Counted from the stretch's first letter, positions 26,075 to 40,230 are shown. The stretch: 64,000 nucleotides of DNA from Octopus sinensis (GCF_006345805.1 NC_043011.1:310001-374000), one strand, 5' to 3'. Notes: generated by a model not told the origin, from the sequence alone. Translations and numbers: made by a program.

Positions 26075-27504
26075 GTCACGAATGCGACAACGCCATCTAA
26101 CGTAACAACCTCCACCGTGTTCGCCTCACTGACTTTTCATAATTAAACAATCCAGCAACAAAAGATTCGAACCACTGTTAACTATTTCAGCGCAATGTTC
26201 ACAGGAAAACGTTGACAAATAATTATAAAACTCAACAACTCTTCCTGGGCCCCCAGTTTTAACCTCTTTCTCTTCTATTAAATCCCGTCTCTCTCGCTTT
26301 TCCCTCTCTCTTCCCACTCTCTCTTAGCGACGAAATATTTCCCTTTGTTGTTTTTCTTCCATTTCTATATTTTTTTCTTTGTCATTTGGAGATATTTCTA
26401 TCGTACTTTTTTTTGTACTTCTTTTGTACTTTTGGTAAGATGATATTTTAAAGAAATGTTTTACCGACAAATATTTTTCTCAACGACATATCAAACCGAC
26501 TTGCTATTTAAAACAAGCCACGTTTTAACCTACTTCCCTCCCCCTCTCTCTCTCTCCCTCTGTCTCTCTATCTATCTTTCTATCTATCATCTCTCTATCT
26601 ATCTATCTATCTATCTGTGCCCCCACTCTCTCTCTCCTCTCTCTCTCTCTCTATCTATCTATCTAAGTATGTATGTATGTATGTATGTATGTATTTGTGT
26701 ATGTATGTAGTATGTGTGTGTATCATGATTCTATATATTATTACCTGTCTGTTGTCTATCGATCTATCTGTCTATCTATCTATCTATTATCATCTATTAT
26801 CTATCTATCTATCTATCATCTATCTATTATCTATCTATCTCTCTTCTATCTCTCTCTCTCTCTCTCTCTATATAATATATATATATATATATATATGTAT
26901 ATGTGTGTGTGTGTGTGTGTGTGCACTAATTTTTATATATATACACATATATATATATATATATTCGTACATGCACATATATAAAGGGCATGTAGTATGA
27001 TTGTATGTTTGTACGTACGCATACACACACACATACACATATATATATACATTATATACACACGACCACCCTTTCACCTTCTCCCCGTCTCACAATGAAC
27101 TCCCCCCTCAACGTCTCCCTCCCCCGACCCCAACCCATGTGTCCTCCCTCTCTCCTTCTCCTCCTTCTGTGTCCAATAACAGACCTGTTTAGCGATGCAT
27201 TACCACTAAAGACCGGATCTGTAGAACTGCCAGTCCGCTTGGCTCATCAGAACGTAACCAAAGCGACTATAATTACGGCAATCTGTCTCATTAGGCTGGC
27301 GCGCTTTCATTTTTGCTTTTTTTTTTGTTTTTGTTTGCCTTCCAACGGGGAGACAACTCCTCGTCCTTCAAGCATCAACTTCCTTCGACGTGCTGCACCT
27401 TCTGAATATATAGTTACACACACCACAACACACACACACACACAAACACATATATGTGGTATGTATAAAACATATATGAATTATATAAACGTGTGGGATA
27501 TATA

Positions 27505-27550
<46 letters not shown>

Positions 27551-27558
27551 ATATATGT

Positions 27559-27601
<43 letters not shown>

Positions 27602-27816
27602 AATATAAACAAACATAGTGACAGGTAACCACAATGACACTTTAGCACACACACACGCACACTCCTTTCACACATAATTAGAGGTATACACATACATAGA
27701 ACAGTGTGTTCCTGTACGCACGCTTACATAAAGACATGCGTTTGCTGCGGTGCACATTTATACGACAGAACTGCACGTGGACCTATAAAGGCAGACAAAA
27801 TGGTGATAATAATGAT

Positions 27817-27930
27817 AATCCTTTCTACTAAAGGCACAAGGTTTGAAGTGATGGGGGAGGGGACTAGTCGATCACATCGACCTCGTGATTCACTGGTACC
27901 GAACTTTTCCATCCCGAAAGGATGAAGGCA
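27817..27930 (-). mobile_element. SINE family A, 3' half
   Basis: Central domain plus tail CCTTGTGCCTTTAGTAGAAAGGATTAT. Confidence 0.75.
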
Positions 27931-27934
27931 GTAC

Positions 27935-28030
27935 AAGGTAGATTAGGCAGGATGGTCATGGCTGTACTGTTTTGATCAATGGTTTGCTCGATCAAGACAA
28001 CCATCGGGTTAAATAACAAGAACAACTACA
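27935..28030 (+). repeat. Interspersed repeat fragment, second copy at ~19915-19990
   Basis: CAGGATGGTCATGG..TTTGATCAATGGT.TGCTCGATCAAGAC is shared by the two loci. Confidence 0.7.
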
Positions 28031-28068
28031 ACTACAACAAAATAGTTCCCTGTATCTTGGAATCAATA

Positions 28069-28395
28069 TTAAGGCGGTTGGCTGACAGAATCATTAAAAT
28101 GTCGGCAGAGTCGACCTGGGCGGAATTTGAAACCAGAACGTAAATACGGACGAAAAACCGCTGAGCATTTTGCCCGACGTCCTACCGATTCTGCCAGCTC
28201 ACCCGGCACAAACCCAGCAATTTTTGGGGAAAGTCCAAGTTGAATAAAACGACCCCAAAGTTCAACTGGGTTATGGACCTGGAAAGGATTAAAGGCAAAG
28301 TCAGACTCGATGGAATTAGATCTCAAAACGTAAAAACGGAAGAAATACCGCTAACCATTTTGGCTTCATGCTAATGATTACGTCAGCTTCACCAT
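28069..28395. mobile_element. Cluster of SINE family A head fragments in both orientations
   Basis: A plus-strand head at 28069 is fused to a minus-strand head ending ~28205; a second degenerate minus copy lies at ~28240-28395. Confidence 0.7.
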
Positions 28396-28444
28396 TGTCA
28401 TCATCATCATCATCATCATCATATCATCATCATCATCATCATCA

Positions 28445-28482
<38 letters not shown>

Positions 28483-28826
28483 TTGTCCAGAGGAACCCAT
28501 GCTCTTGCTGCGATATCCCATAATTCCACATCACTTCCGTCAATAATACTACTGAGAAACGTATGAAGGCCACACGGCCATACCTTTCCAGATAAATTGT
28601 ACCAGTGGGCAAAGCCAAAATGGTAGCCATTTTGTTGTAAAGTCCAAAACACGTTCACGGTGAACCACAAAGGCGAGACTGAGCTTCGTGCTTCCATGAA
28701 AGGTAGCAATCTCACAGAATCTAATTTCCACCAGTTTTATCAATCCGAACCACCGTACCGTCTGGGGAGACCCTTGGAATCACTAATATGCTCCCAAAAT
28801 GGCATTAACATCCCGAAATGCATTTA

Positions 28827-28874
<48 letters not shown>

Positions 28875-29345
28875 GTCAGTGTGTCTACAATCAATATGGT
28901 GGCCATTTGCAATCTATTGAGAAACACTTCCGTTGTAATCACCTCTCTTCTCCTCCCAAACATTTCTGCTCAATCGCTGTCTCTTTCTCCTTCCCTTTCT
29001 CTCTATCTTTCTCCTTCCGTTCCCTCCTCCAGTTAACAATTGACCCCTCTCTCTTTTTCTCTCTTTTTGTCTTTTATTAACTTGTGTTTTGTTTTTCGAT
29101 GTTTTCTTTCTAACCATCGCTCAAACCTTTTTCTCTTTCAGTGCAAATTAACTCATTAAACAACGACCGTTATTACACCAATGACGACATCAACAGCCTC
29201 AGTTTCGTAAAAAAAAAAAAAGCAGTGGTGGTAGCGGAGGGAGGGAAATTACAGCAAACAAAGGAACAGCCAAAAACAAAAACGACGAAAAGTATAAAAT
29301 AAATATGAATAAAAACAAACATCGACATCATTATCATCTCGTCAT

Positions 29346-29777
29346 TTGAAGAAGAAGAAGAAGAAGAGAAGAAGAAGAAGAAGAAGAAGAAGAAAGAGAA
29401 AGAAGAAGAAGAGAAGAAAGAAGAAAAGAAGAAGAAGAAGAGAAGAGAAGAAGAAGAAGAAAAGAAGAAGAGAAGAAGAATTGATTAATAACAAACAACA
29501 ACAACAACAACGACAATGGCAACAAAGGTATCAGGTTTTATTTCCGGTGCCGTCTTCTCTTCAACGCTGTGTTTGGCAGCGGTTGACAACGTTTTATTCC
29601 TAATTGCCAGAGTCAGCGCTCACTCCTGCCTTTTGCTCGATCTACGTACAGAATAACGGTTTCGAATCTGGGACATGGCCATAACCGATCTTCAAAAATA
29701 TTGCATTTAATATTATCCCAAAAAAGAATAGAATGAAAGAAGCAATATACAAAAGCTACAGTTGGAATTATGAGAGA

Positions 29778-29847
<70 letters not shown>

Positions 29848-29865
29848 GAGAGAGAGAGAGAGAGA
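29346..29865. repeat. (GAA)n-variant and (GA)n purine tracts
   Basis: Read directly at 29346-29480 and ~29780-29865. Confidence 0.9.
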
Positions 29866-30186
29866 AGGGAATGAGGTAAATAATGTGATTGAGGAATACC
29901 GAGAGAGCGGAAGGAGAGTTGGTGGTGTAGAAGAGTTTATGCGTGTGCTTATAATGATGTTAATTTAAAATGTAGAACATACTCCCCCCCCCTTCTATAA
30001 GAGAACGCTCTGCGTTTTCTAGAATAGAGATTTATTGTGGGGAAACGGCAGATTAAAAGTGTCATAGAGGTCACTGGTCCCATCCTGAGTCAAGGTTTTC
30101 TCAGACTGGTCAGAGAATTCTTGGCTCGAAGTGAAATCGCTGGTAACTATGAGACATTTAATCATTCTGGATCACACGTATATGCC

Positions 30187-30227
<41 letters not shown>

Positions 30228-30625
30228 ATATTATATATATATATATATAATATCTGTGTGTGTGTGTGGTGTGTGTGTATATATATATAGTTAATCCAAA
30301 CAAGAAAGCACAAAAAAAAAACACAACAACGCGAGGACGTGGAACAAATATAGTATGATTGGACGCTCAAGAAAGAAGGAAAGAAGGAGGGTTTAAAGTT
30401 TCGAGCGGAGCTCTTCGTCGGAAACATAGGAGAAGAAAGATTCAGAAAAGGAAGACAGAGGAAAAAAAAATCGCCAACGGTACAAACGACGCCACATTGC
30501 ACAGGTATATATATTCTTCGAATATATATACATATATATACATATATACATATACATATATATGCATATAAGTATGTATGTATATTTATATAGGCATATG
30601 TATATATATATATAGTATATATATG

Positions 30626-30672
<47 letters not shown>

Positions 30673-30721
30673 TATGTATATTGACAGGGCAAGACTACTA
30701 GGTAGTCTGCCGCATATATAT

Positions 30722-30770
<49 letters not shown>

Positions 30771-31055
30771 GTATGTATATATACAGATATATCTTTGTGT
30801 TCATATAAACAACATATATGTAGATGAATTGATAGACATGTTTGGGAATATATATAATGTGAATATACATGCACACACACACACACATACACACGTGTAT
30901 GCGCACACACGCATATGCACACACACGCACACACACACACACAGAGAAAGACAGGAAGAAAAAGAAACAAGGGGAATGCATTAGATAGATAAATAGATAG
31001 ACAGATAAACAGAGAGTGTGGGAGTGACAGATAAAGAGAGAGAGAGAAAGAGAGT

Positions 31056-31127
<72 letters not shown>

Positions 31128-31597
31128 AGAGTTGTTCAATTCCGCCATTTAATAGACACATTCGATAGGAAACGGCGAGTTACGGGCGAACAACGTTCAG
31201 TTGTCGGTTACGGCTTCCTGGTCGCGGGCTGTCTCCGCAGTCGAGGGCACATGCTAAATTAATCGAGTCACACACGCAGTCGGACAATTGCTGCGATAAA
31301 TCAAACCACCAACACCACCAACACCACCACCATTTCTTATACATTTTAATGCCAGTACACACAGACAGACATGGAAATGAAATAGAGATATACACACGAT
31401 TACACATTCAAGAATGAGTGACAAATCATTTTGCTCAGAATCACAAACTACACACACTGCACACATGCACGCAGAAGAGCAAATACATACACACGTAAAT
31501 ATATATATATGTATGTATGTGTATATATATATATATATATATATACATACATATATTACATATATATATATATATGTGTGTGTATGTATATATATAT

Positions 31598-31810
31598 AGG
31601 GAAAGTTTACGAAAAAAACAAAAGACGAAGACAGGTGGTGTACAAAACAAACAGATGTATTAGTATAACACTCAGCAATTGAAAAAGTCTTTTACGTTTC
31701 GAGCCTACGCTCTTCTACAGAAAAGACACAGAAAAAACAAGGAGAGAAAAAATGTGTGTAGTGGCTAACGATCTATCATGGCGACTGACTGCCAGACAGA
31801 AGGGTCACAC
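31598..31810 (-). mobile_element. Family P pLTR-like repeat, complete copy with hammerhead-like motif
   Basis: Minus strand GTCTTTT-CTGTAGAA-GAGC(GTAG)GCTC-GAAACGTA-AAAGAC; (TA)n on both flanks. Confidence 0.7.
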
Positions 31811-31916
31811 AATATATATATATATATATAGATGCATATATGTAAACGTACCCTCCATTATATATATATAATATATATATATATATATAGATGCATATAT
31901 ATGTAAACGTACCCTC

Positions 31917-31956
<40 letters not shown>

Positions 31957-32007
31957 TATATGCATACACCACAACCACACACACACAGACTATTAATATA
32001 ATATATA

Positions 32008-32905
32008 TTGGGTTGGCCAAAAAGTCTGTTCAGTTTTTGTCAACACTAAACTTCAGGCACTCTGACAAGTAGCTACACATGCATACTTGATACTTCAATA
32101 TAGTCTGAAGCGAACTTGCGATGAGGCAGATTGTATCTCGGGTGCTTAGGATTACCCTGAGAAAATAGCTCATGCTTTATTTTTTAAAAAAAGGGCAAGA
32201 CATGCACTGTTTACAAAGAATATGCTTTAAGGGAACTTGTGTCCAAGGATGGATTTCAAGATTTCTACCTGGAAATTTATCGGTCCTTGATTTGGTCGGC
32301 CAAGTGAGAAAATTACAGCGACGAAATCAGGGTGTTAGTGGACACCAGCCCCCGTTTTACGAATAGGATGATCGCAGATGTTCTCCAAGTATTCAAATAA
32401 TGTTGAAAATCACCTGCGTTAACTTTGTTTTGTCAGCAATTGAATGCATTACCATGTAGGATTCGTTGCAGGAACGCGAAGAAATCGATTCTGTTTTATA
32501 GTGAATGGTGATAGAGGACGAACACTTGATCCTCTATAACAATGTGAAAAGTAAACGACGCCGGGGTAAGCGCAGCGAACCACCACAAACAACATCCAAC
32601 ACAGGATTTCACCCGAAGTAGTTTAGGCATTCAATTTGGTGAGATTAGAAGGGTGTTGTTTTTCATAAGCGTCTTTCTATGGTCAGGACCATCAATTCGG
32701 ACGTGTACTCTGACCAGATAAACAAATCAAATGCGGGGATTCAACGGAAGCAACCAGCACTTGCTATTTGTAAGGGCATTGTCTTCGATTATGACAATGC
32801 CAGACCGCACACTTCTTTACAATTGCACAAGGAGCTATTGGAGTTTGCTTGGCTACTTTTGCCGTACACTCCATATTCGGCCGACCTGCCACCTTCAGGC
32901 TTCAT
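32008..32905 (+). mobile_element. mariner transposon relic, 3' end missing
   Basis: TA then TIR-like TTGGGTTGGCCAAAAAGT; decayed motifs WISRF..G, YDNARPHT and PYSADLPPS (cf. YSPDLAPSD). Confidence 0.85.
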
Positions 32906-33001
32906 TCAGTATATATGTTTCCTGTCCGTCTTGGCATCATCTATCTGTCTGGAATTTTATTGTCGTCTGATGCGTTCTAGTGTTCTAGTTCCATTTTTGG
33001 G

Positions 33002-33039
<38 letters not shown>

Positions 33040-33275
33040 GTTTATCAATATGTGTTGCAAGATTCCTGATGTGAAATCGTGCGTTGAAACAGACATTGTG
33101 GTATTTCGGGTTGGTTACTTTACTTTTTTTAAAATAAAAACACGCACTATATATTTGTTTTTCACTCGTCTATTAATAAACGAGCGAAGAACAAATATAT
33201 CATGCTTGTCTTTATTGGGCAAAAAAAAAAATGACCATCCCGAAATACAATGCACACACGACGCACACACGCACG

Positions 33276-33307
<32 letters not shown>

Positions 33308-33326
33308 CACACCCACACACACAACT

Positions 33327-33426
33327 NNNNNNNNNNNNNNNNNNNNNNNNNNNNNNNNNNNNNNNNNNNNNNNNNNNNNNNNNNNNNNNNNNNNNNNNNN
33401 NNNNNNNNNNNNNNNNNNNNNNNNNN
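33327..33426. other. Assembly gap (100 N)
   Basis: Run of N. Confidence 1.
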
Positions 33427-33694
33427 TTATTATTATTATTATATAGTATTATTATTATTATTATATTCCTTCCGACGCCGATGGACGTACGTGAATCAGC
33501 TCCGTGAATTTTGCACCAATTTCATTGGAATCTATGTTAGGTTTTGAATATTTTTAATATTTTTGTAGCCAAACCGACCGGCTTCTTGCGGAGCTCGTCG
33601 TTTGGGCGAATTTTGCCCCATTCGGGGTGAAATTACGTTTTAAATTTTGAACATTTGACATTTTTCAACATTTTGAATATTACAACAAAAAAAC

Positions 33695-34707
33695 ATGGCT
33701 ATGAAGCGAACGTTGGCTGTTCCTTCCTTCAAGATACATTCCCTCCGCAAACACACACAACTCGTACAAAACACCCACTTCACGCCTAAAAGGCAACAAA
33801 GATTCTCCTTCCGAACCGCAGAGCACGAGCTCCGTTCAAAAGGAGAAGAATGCCAGCGACGTCGCGTTCGACGTAATTCTCGATTTCCCCCTCTGCCTTC
33901 ACCTAATGCTTTGGTACGGAAGGAGGAGGAAAAAAACAAATACAAAATCATCACAAACATTGACACGGAGATAAAAGAAAAAACTTCCAACAATTTTGCT
34001 TCTGCTGCGAAGCAAATTTCGGAGGAAGTTAAGATAACTCTAGAAGATGTGAAAAGAGCGAAGGAATTGTTAGGAAGGATGGCAATGGTATCTTCCTCAA
34101 TACTCCACAAGAGGTGATTGAAAGCACCAACAAGCAAACAATAATTTACAAAGTTTTCGACAGAAAACTAAAAAGAATAACAAATGCCACACCCCAACAG
34201 TTGGAGATAGCTCTAAGCCCATTTGGGCCCAAAAGAGCTACGTAACCAGGGGAAGCGTTTTGGAACCGTGGAGGTTCGCTTCCCAACAGAGGAGCTTGCA
34301 AGGGCGAACGCCATTTCGCCCTTGCAAACTGAGAATTTGTTACTATTTCCGACCCACCTCGGGCGAAGAGTAACAAAATAAAAATCGACCTCGTCCCCCC
34401 TGAGCTAATATGTCATGGCTGGTGGCAGCTGTCCTCTATGATATAGAGGACACTACCACCATTCTAGATGTCAGGAGAGTGAGGGCGAAAAACTGGTTGG
34501 GGATGGGAGTGCTGCTTCTTGCGCAAATTCAGCAAGAGAATATAAGTAAAGTCCCTGATTTCGTAAGTTTGCCGGACGGCACCAGGCTAAACGTTGCTGT
34601 GGAGGGGCGAAAGCCAAAATGTTTTCTCTGCAGCAGCGAAAGCCACTTAAAGAGGGACTGTCCCATTCACAAAAAGAGGATGGAGGCTTTCAGCAAGAGG
34701 CAGCAGC

Positions 34708-34738
<31 letters not shown>

Positions 34739-35432
34739 CACAGCAACAACAACAGAAACAACAAAAACAGCAAGAACACCAAAGGCTGCCACCCACCAAC
34801 ACCATCACCAACACCAGCACCAAGACGAACAACACCACCTCCACAACAACACCAACCAACACCGACACCACCACCAAACCAACACCGACACCAGTACCTC
34901 GAAGGTCGACAGCAGCGACATCAACAGTAACAGGAGCAGCGGCACCACCGATACCGCGGAACCAAAAACTTTTCGTCCTGCTACTGAAGCAGACCCCTCA
35001 ACCATTCCTTTGCCGGATGAAGAGATCTCGGATTGTGCGAGCTCTGATTCCAACAAAGGAGAATGGAACATAGTACCTCCAAAAAGAAAAGGAGGAAAAA
35101 ACAAAAGATTTACAGGGGAAGCACGAACAAACAGTACTTCCCAACATCAACAACAACATCAACAACAACACACACTCACAACAACAACAACAACAACAAC
35201 ACACTTTCGACACCACTACTGCCACTACCACAGACACAAACAAACAGACACAATTACAGACACGATTACAGCAGTGAATACAAGAAACCAGGAACTGGTT
35301 GAGTATTTGAAAAACAAAACTCACAAACATTACAGATTTCATAATACCTACACACAACACACCACCAGCACACATTCTCACAATAAAAATAAACAAAACA
35401 GTTTACAACGAAATAAAACAAATATTCCCTAA
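33695..35432 (+). CDS. Tx1 ORF1 (CCHC zinc knuckle, Q/T/H-rich tail), frameshifted
   Basis: CFLCSSESHLKRDC in ORF 34410-35432; upstream part in other frames. Confidence 0.75.
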
Positions 35433-35583
35433 CGATGTGGGATCGTTAGGGAAAAGTTTCTCTCAGAAACTTTACAAAAATATTATTGAAGCACCCGTGC
35501 AAAAGCACAAGGGAGCCACCCCCACCACCAACAACAGTAAGTAGAGCCTTTTTTCTCCTTTTTTTTCCCCTAACTTTTGAAAC

Positions 35584-38500
35584 ATGGCAAATCTTAGAAT
35601 CGGTTGCTTGAATGTGAGAGGCCTCGGGTCACCTTGGAAACAGGGTCACCTGTTAAACGACCTGAGGTTTCATGATGTGGATGTAGCAGCCATCAGTGAA
35701 ACCAGGCTCTCCGACCCGCAGGAACTCGCAGCCCTTTTCGGCGGATACGAGATATTTCTATCTCCGTGTCGGCCGGGAGCGGGCGGTGGTGGTACTGCGG
35801 TGTTGTTTCGGAAGGGCCTGGACCTGAAAATAAGGACAGTCTTCTTGGATCCGGAAGGTAAGTTGGTGGTCCTCGACGTGGACGGTAGTGACGGCGGTGC
35901 TTTCAGACTGCTGGCTGCCTACGCTCCGACAGGAGCAGGGCAGTCGGATTATTTCAAACGTCTGGAAGTTTTCCTGGGAACGTCACGCACTCTAGTACTA
36001 GTTGGGGATTGGAACGCTGTCTTAGACGAACGTTTCGATCGGGTGGGCAGGGGAGCGTCTGATAGGAGAGGGGGGGGTGCAAGAGCCTCGCCAACCTACT
36101 CGGCCGCTTTCAGCTGTCCGACAGGTTTCGACTAGACAACCCGAATGTGCCAATGTGGACTTGGACAAACCGCATCGGGTCGTCTAGATCGTACTTAGAT
36201 AGAGTGTTTTGTAGGCCAGCGGATAAGGACAGCGTAGGGTGTCCACAATTCCACCTAGTCGAATATACGGACCACAAATTAGTGATCTGTACGGTCGACT
36301 TAGATAGGCTACATAGACAGGGACCCGGCTACTGGAAGCTGAACGCGTCGTTAACGGCGTGCAAAGCTTACAGAGACCGGATTAGTTTACTAGTTAAGCG
36401 GGCGCTCACGGGGGCAATCATCAACAACAACTGGTGGTTTGCCCTCAAGAGAGCAATTAGAGTAGAGTCGATTAGGTATAGTAAGACTCTAGCTATTGAA
36501 CGTAGGAAGAGAGAGCGGGATTTAGTTAAGAAACTAGACGAGGCTCTTGACACTGGCATCGCGACCGACGTGTTGGCGGCAAGGTTGGCCCTCGACCAAC
36601 ACTTCGACGCCAAACACGAAGGCTGCGTTGTCAGAGCTAAGGCACGTTCGCTAAGCGGGAGGGGACTAGAGCCGCTCGATGGGCCCGCGTGGCGGAGGCG
36701 AAGCGAGGCAACAGAGCAACCATTCGGTCTTTGGTGGACCAGAACGGGCGCGAGGTTACCCAACCGAAGCAGATGTGTACGGTGCTTCAGCGGCACTTTG
36801 CTCAACTGTTTGGGACGAGCGGTGGAACGGACACCAACGGTACAGACTTCGGGTGTACCTGGACGGACTGCCGCAACTCTCGGACAGCGAGGCAGAGTGC
36901 TGCGAAGGACCGATATCTGCCTGGGAAGTACAGGAAGCGATGAAGAGTTGCACGAGAGGTAGATCGCCGGGTTTGGATGGTCTGCCCTACGAGCTTTACT
37001 TTTCAATGCCAGACTTGTTTGCGGACCTGTTGGCAACGTCTACTGCAACTGGCAGCAAAACGGGAGAATTCCTGCTTTTGTCTGTCGAGGGGTGGTGGCT
37101 TTGCTAAAGAAGGACCCAAACAAGGGGGACGTTATAGGGAATTTCCGGCCCATCACTCTGCTCAATGCAGAGTTGAAGATTTTGGCCAAGGTGCTAGCCA
37201 AGAGATTGGCGCTTGTCGTGGACAAGCTGGTCGGCGGGACGCAGACATGCGCCGTGCCGACCAGGTCGATACACGACAACCTCCATCTCATGCGCTACAT
37301 CATAGAGAGGGTGGGTAACGACGCTGGCGCGGGTGGGGCTTTGATCAACTTGGATCAGAGTAAAGCCTTCGATAGGGTCGACCATCGGTACCTGGCAGCT
37401 GTCCTCAAGGCAGCCGGCTTCGGTCCAGTCTTCCGCGGGTGGATCGCTGCTTTATACAGCAACATCTGCTCGGTGATACGGGTGAACGGTCACCTTTCGG
37501 AACCGTTCGACATCTCGCGTTCGGTCCGCCAAGGATGCCCTCTCTCCTCCCTCTTGTACATTTTGACTCTCGAGCCATTACTGCGCAAGTTGGAGGCTTT
37601 GAGGGCATCCCGCGCGATCTAGGAGGCGGAAACAGCGTGTCTGCTTATGCCGACGACGTCACCGTGGTGGTGTCGAGCCACAGGCACATTGGCCTGATTG
37701 GCGAGACGCTAAACCAGTACGAAGCGGTGACAGGGGCAAAGATTAACGCGGAAAAGTCTGTGGGCTTGCAACTGGGCACCTGGAGAGGCAAGCCCATGCC
37801 GTCCAACAGCGTCGTAGGGCGCTGGACAGACGGACCCGTTAAACTGCTCGGGGTCTGGTTCGGTCCGGACCTCCAGGTGGATAAGAACTGGGAAGAGGTG
37901 ACGAGCAGGGTGGCACGTCTCACCCAGAAATGGGCCGAGAGGAAGCTGTCCCTGAAAGGTCGAGCGGAGGTGGCGAATGCGTACATCGCATCCGTCATCT
38001 ATTACCGCTTGACCGTCGTCCCTTGTCCCGACCGCTGGTTGGCCAAGCTGGTACGCCTGCTCTTCGACTTTTTGTGGAAGGGTCAGGTGCCACTGGTCAG
38101 GCGATCCATCTGCTGTCAACGACCGCTGAACGGAGGCCTTGGAATGCCGTGGTTGCTGTTGCGCAGACATGCGCTCAGGCTGCGGCATCTCAAGCGCTTC
38201 CTAGACGGTGAACAGGTGTGGTCGTCTTTTGTCAGACCGATTTTCCGCAGCTCGTCTCTTTGACGGAGCTGCAGACCTGGATCAAACGTAGACCGAGAAG
38301 GGCGCTTGGCACCTCGAGTGCCGTCAAGCCCTCTCCGCCCTCCGCCAGGCGGGCAATGCGGTCGGTTACAGCTCCACTCTAGCGTTCTATAGAGGGTTAG
38401 TGGAGGAAAAATGCGACGACGTTCTCGGGGAAACTCTAGGCGTTGAAGACGACGAACTGAGCGGTCTGTTCGGGAGGACTTTCGGGCCGGGGCCGATGGA

Positions 38501-38990
38501 TAATTTCCAGAGGTCTCTCGCCTGGCAGTGCTACCGAGGGGCTCTGCCTGTTCGAGATAAACTCTACCGGCACGGAAGTGCCGTCAGCCGGGCCTGCCCG
38601 AGGTGTTGCCAGGACGACGAAACCGTTCTGCACGCACTCGTCCAGTGCCCGAGTATTGCTGAAATATGGGTTTATGTCGAACAGCTACTGTCACGTGTAG
38701 GACGGATCCGACTATCGGCCGAATCCATAGTGAAGATTGCCCCGCCGACCTCCTTTAACAAGGGAGGGCGAGGCCGTTTTCTTGTGCCTTGTGGCTGGTG
38801 GCGAAAGAAAGTCGTGTGGTGGTGGACTCGTTTGAAAGGGCTAAAGTCAGACACTTCCTCTTTGTCAAGGCCTCATCAACTTTTTCAAGTTTCACTTGAA
38901 AGGAAGATGAGGTTAGAGAGGAAAGTGCTGTCCGATAGCAAGTTTTATGAAAGGTGGGTTGAATTGTGCGAGACTGGCCTGTATAAATGA
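35584..38990 (+). CDS. Tx1 ORF2 (APE endonuclease, RT, C-terminal zinc finger), split by frameshifts
   Basis: LNVRGL, ISETRL, GDWNAVL; SPGLDGLP, FRPITLLN, DQSKAFDRV, RQGCPLS, AYADD; CPRC..ETVLHALVQCP. Confidence 0.9.
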
Positions 38991-39291
38991 CCAGTTCTCA
39001 GGTTTCGCCTGTGATTTCAAGGAAAAAGGTAATGTAAAAGGAGAAGAAAGGGACTCTCTACACCCCCCTTTTTTTGACCAGCAGGTCCCGTTGGCTTTTG
39101 TAGGGTTTTTCCACCGGGAACATTCGAGAGACGTCTCCCCCTTTTGGGAGTTTTTTTGTTTTAATAATCATTGGCGTAAAATTTTTTACACGGATTTTAA
39201 CAACGGACAAAACCCTTTGTAACCTTTAGTCCTGTCTTGTCCCTTTATGTAATCATGCGTGTCAGCCCTTGTGGCCAATAAAAAAGAATTG

Positions 39292-39327
<36 letters not shown>

Positions 39328-39394
39328 AATAATATTATTATTATTTGTATTATTATTATTATTATTATTATTATTTGTATTATTATTATTATTA

Positions 39395-39432
<38 letters not shown>

Positions 39433-39433
39433 T

Positions 39434-39471
<38 letters not shown>

Positions 39472-39576
39472 TGTATTATTATTATATTATTATTATTATT
39501 ATTATTATTTGTAATATTATTAATATTATTATTTGTATTAATATTATTATTATTATTATTATTATGATTATTATTT

Positions 39577-39611
<35 letters not shown>

Positions 39612-39675
39612 TGTATTATTATTATTATTATTATTATTATAGTATTATTATTATTATTATTATTATTATTTGTAA

Positions 39676-39708
<33 letters not shown>

Positions 39709-39714
39709 CATTTC

Positions 39715-39748
<34 letters not shown>

Positions 39749-39825
39749 TGTATTATTATTATTATTATTATTATTATTTTTATTTATTATATTTTTATTA
39801 ATATTATTATTATTATTATTATTTG

Positions 39826-39856
<31 letters not shown>

Positions 39857-39860
39857 ATTT

Positions 39861-39891
<31 letters not shown>

Positions 39892-39971
39892 CATTATTAT
39901 TATTATTATTTGTATTATTATTATTATTATTATTTGTATTAATATTATTATTATTATTATTATTATTTTTT

Positions 39972-40003
<32 letters not shown>

Positions 40004-40013
40004 TGTATTATTT

Positions 40014-40054
<41 letters not shown>

Positions 40055-40071
40055 ATTATTATTTATTGTCA

Positions 40072-40105
<34 letters not shown>

Positions 40106-40199
40106 TTTAATATTATTATTATTATTATTTGTATTATTATTATTATTATTATTATTATCTTATTATTATTATTATATTATTATATTATTATTGTATTAA

Positions 40200-40230
<31 letters not shown>

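Larger units (their letters stand above)
33466..39291 (+). mobile_element. Full-length L1/Tx1-clade non-LTR retrotransposon
   Basis: 5' UTR, gag-like ORF1, APE-RT-zinc finger ORF2 and a 3' UTR ending AATAAAAAAGAATTG(ATT)n; ATT repeats also at the 5' flank. Confidence 0.93.

Noticed and set aside
31140-31310. CpG-rich unique patch between microsatellites
   Set aside because: Could be regulatory, but sequence alone gives no specific support.
31830-31920. Duplicated AGATGCATATATGTAAACGTACCCTCC separated by (TA)n, superficially repeat-spacer-like
   Set aside because: Two copies only, within a microsatellite; ordinary slippage duplication. No CRISPR array in this eukaryotic window.
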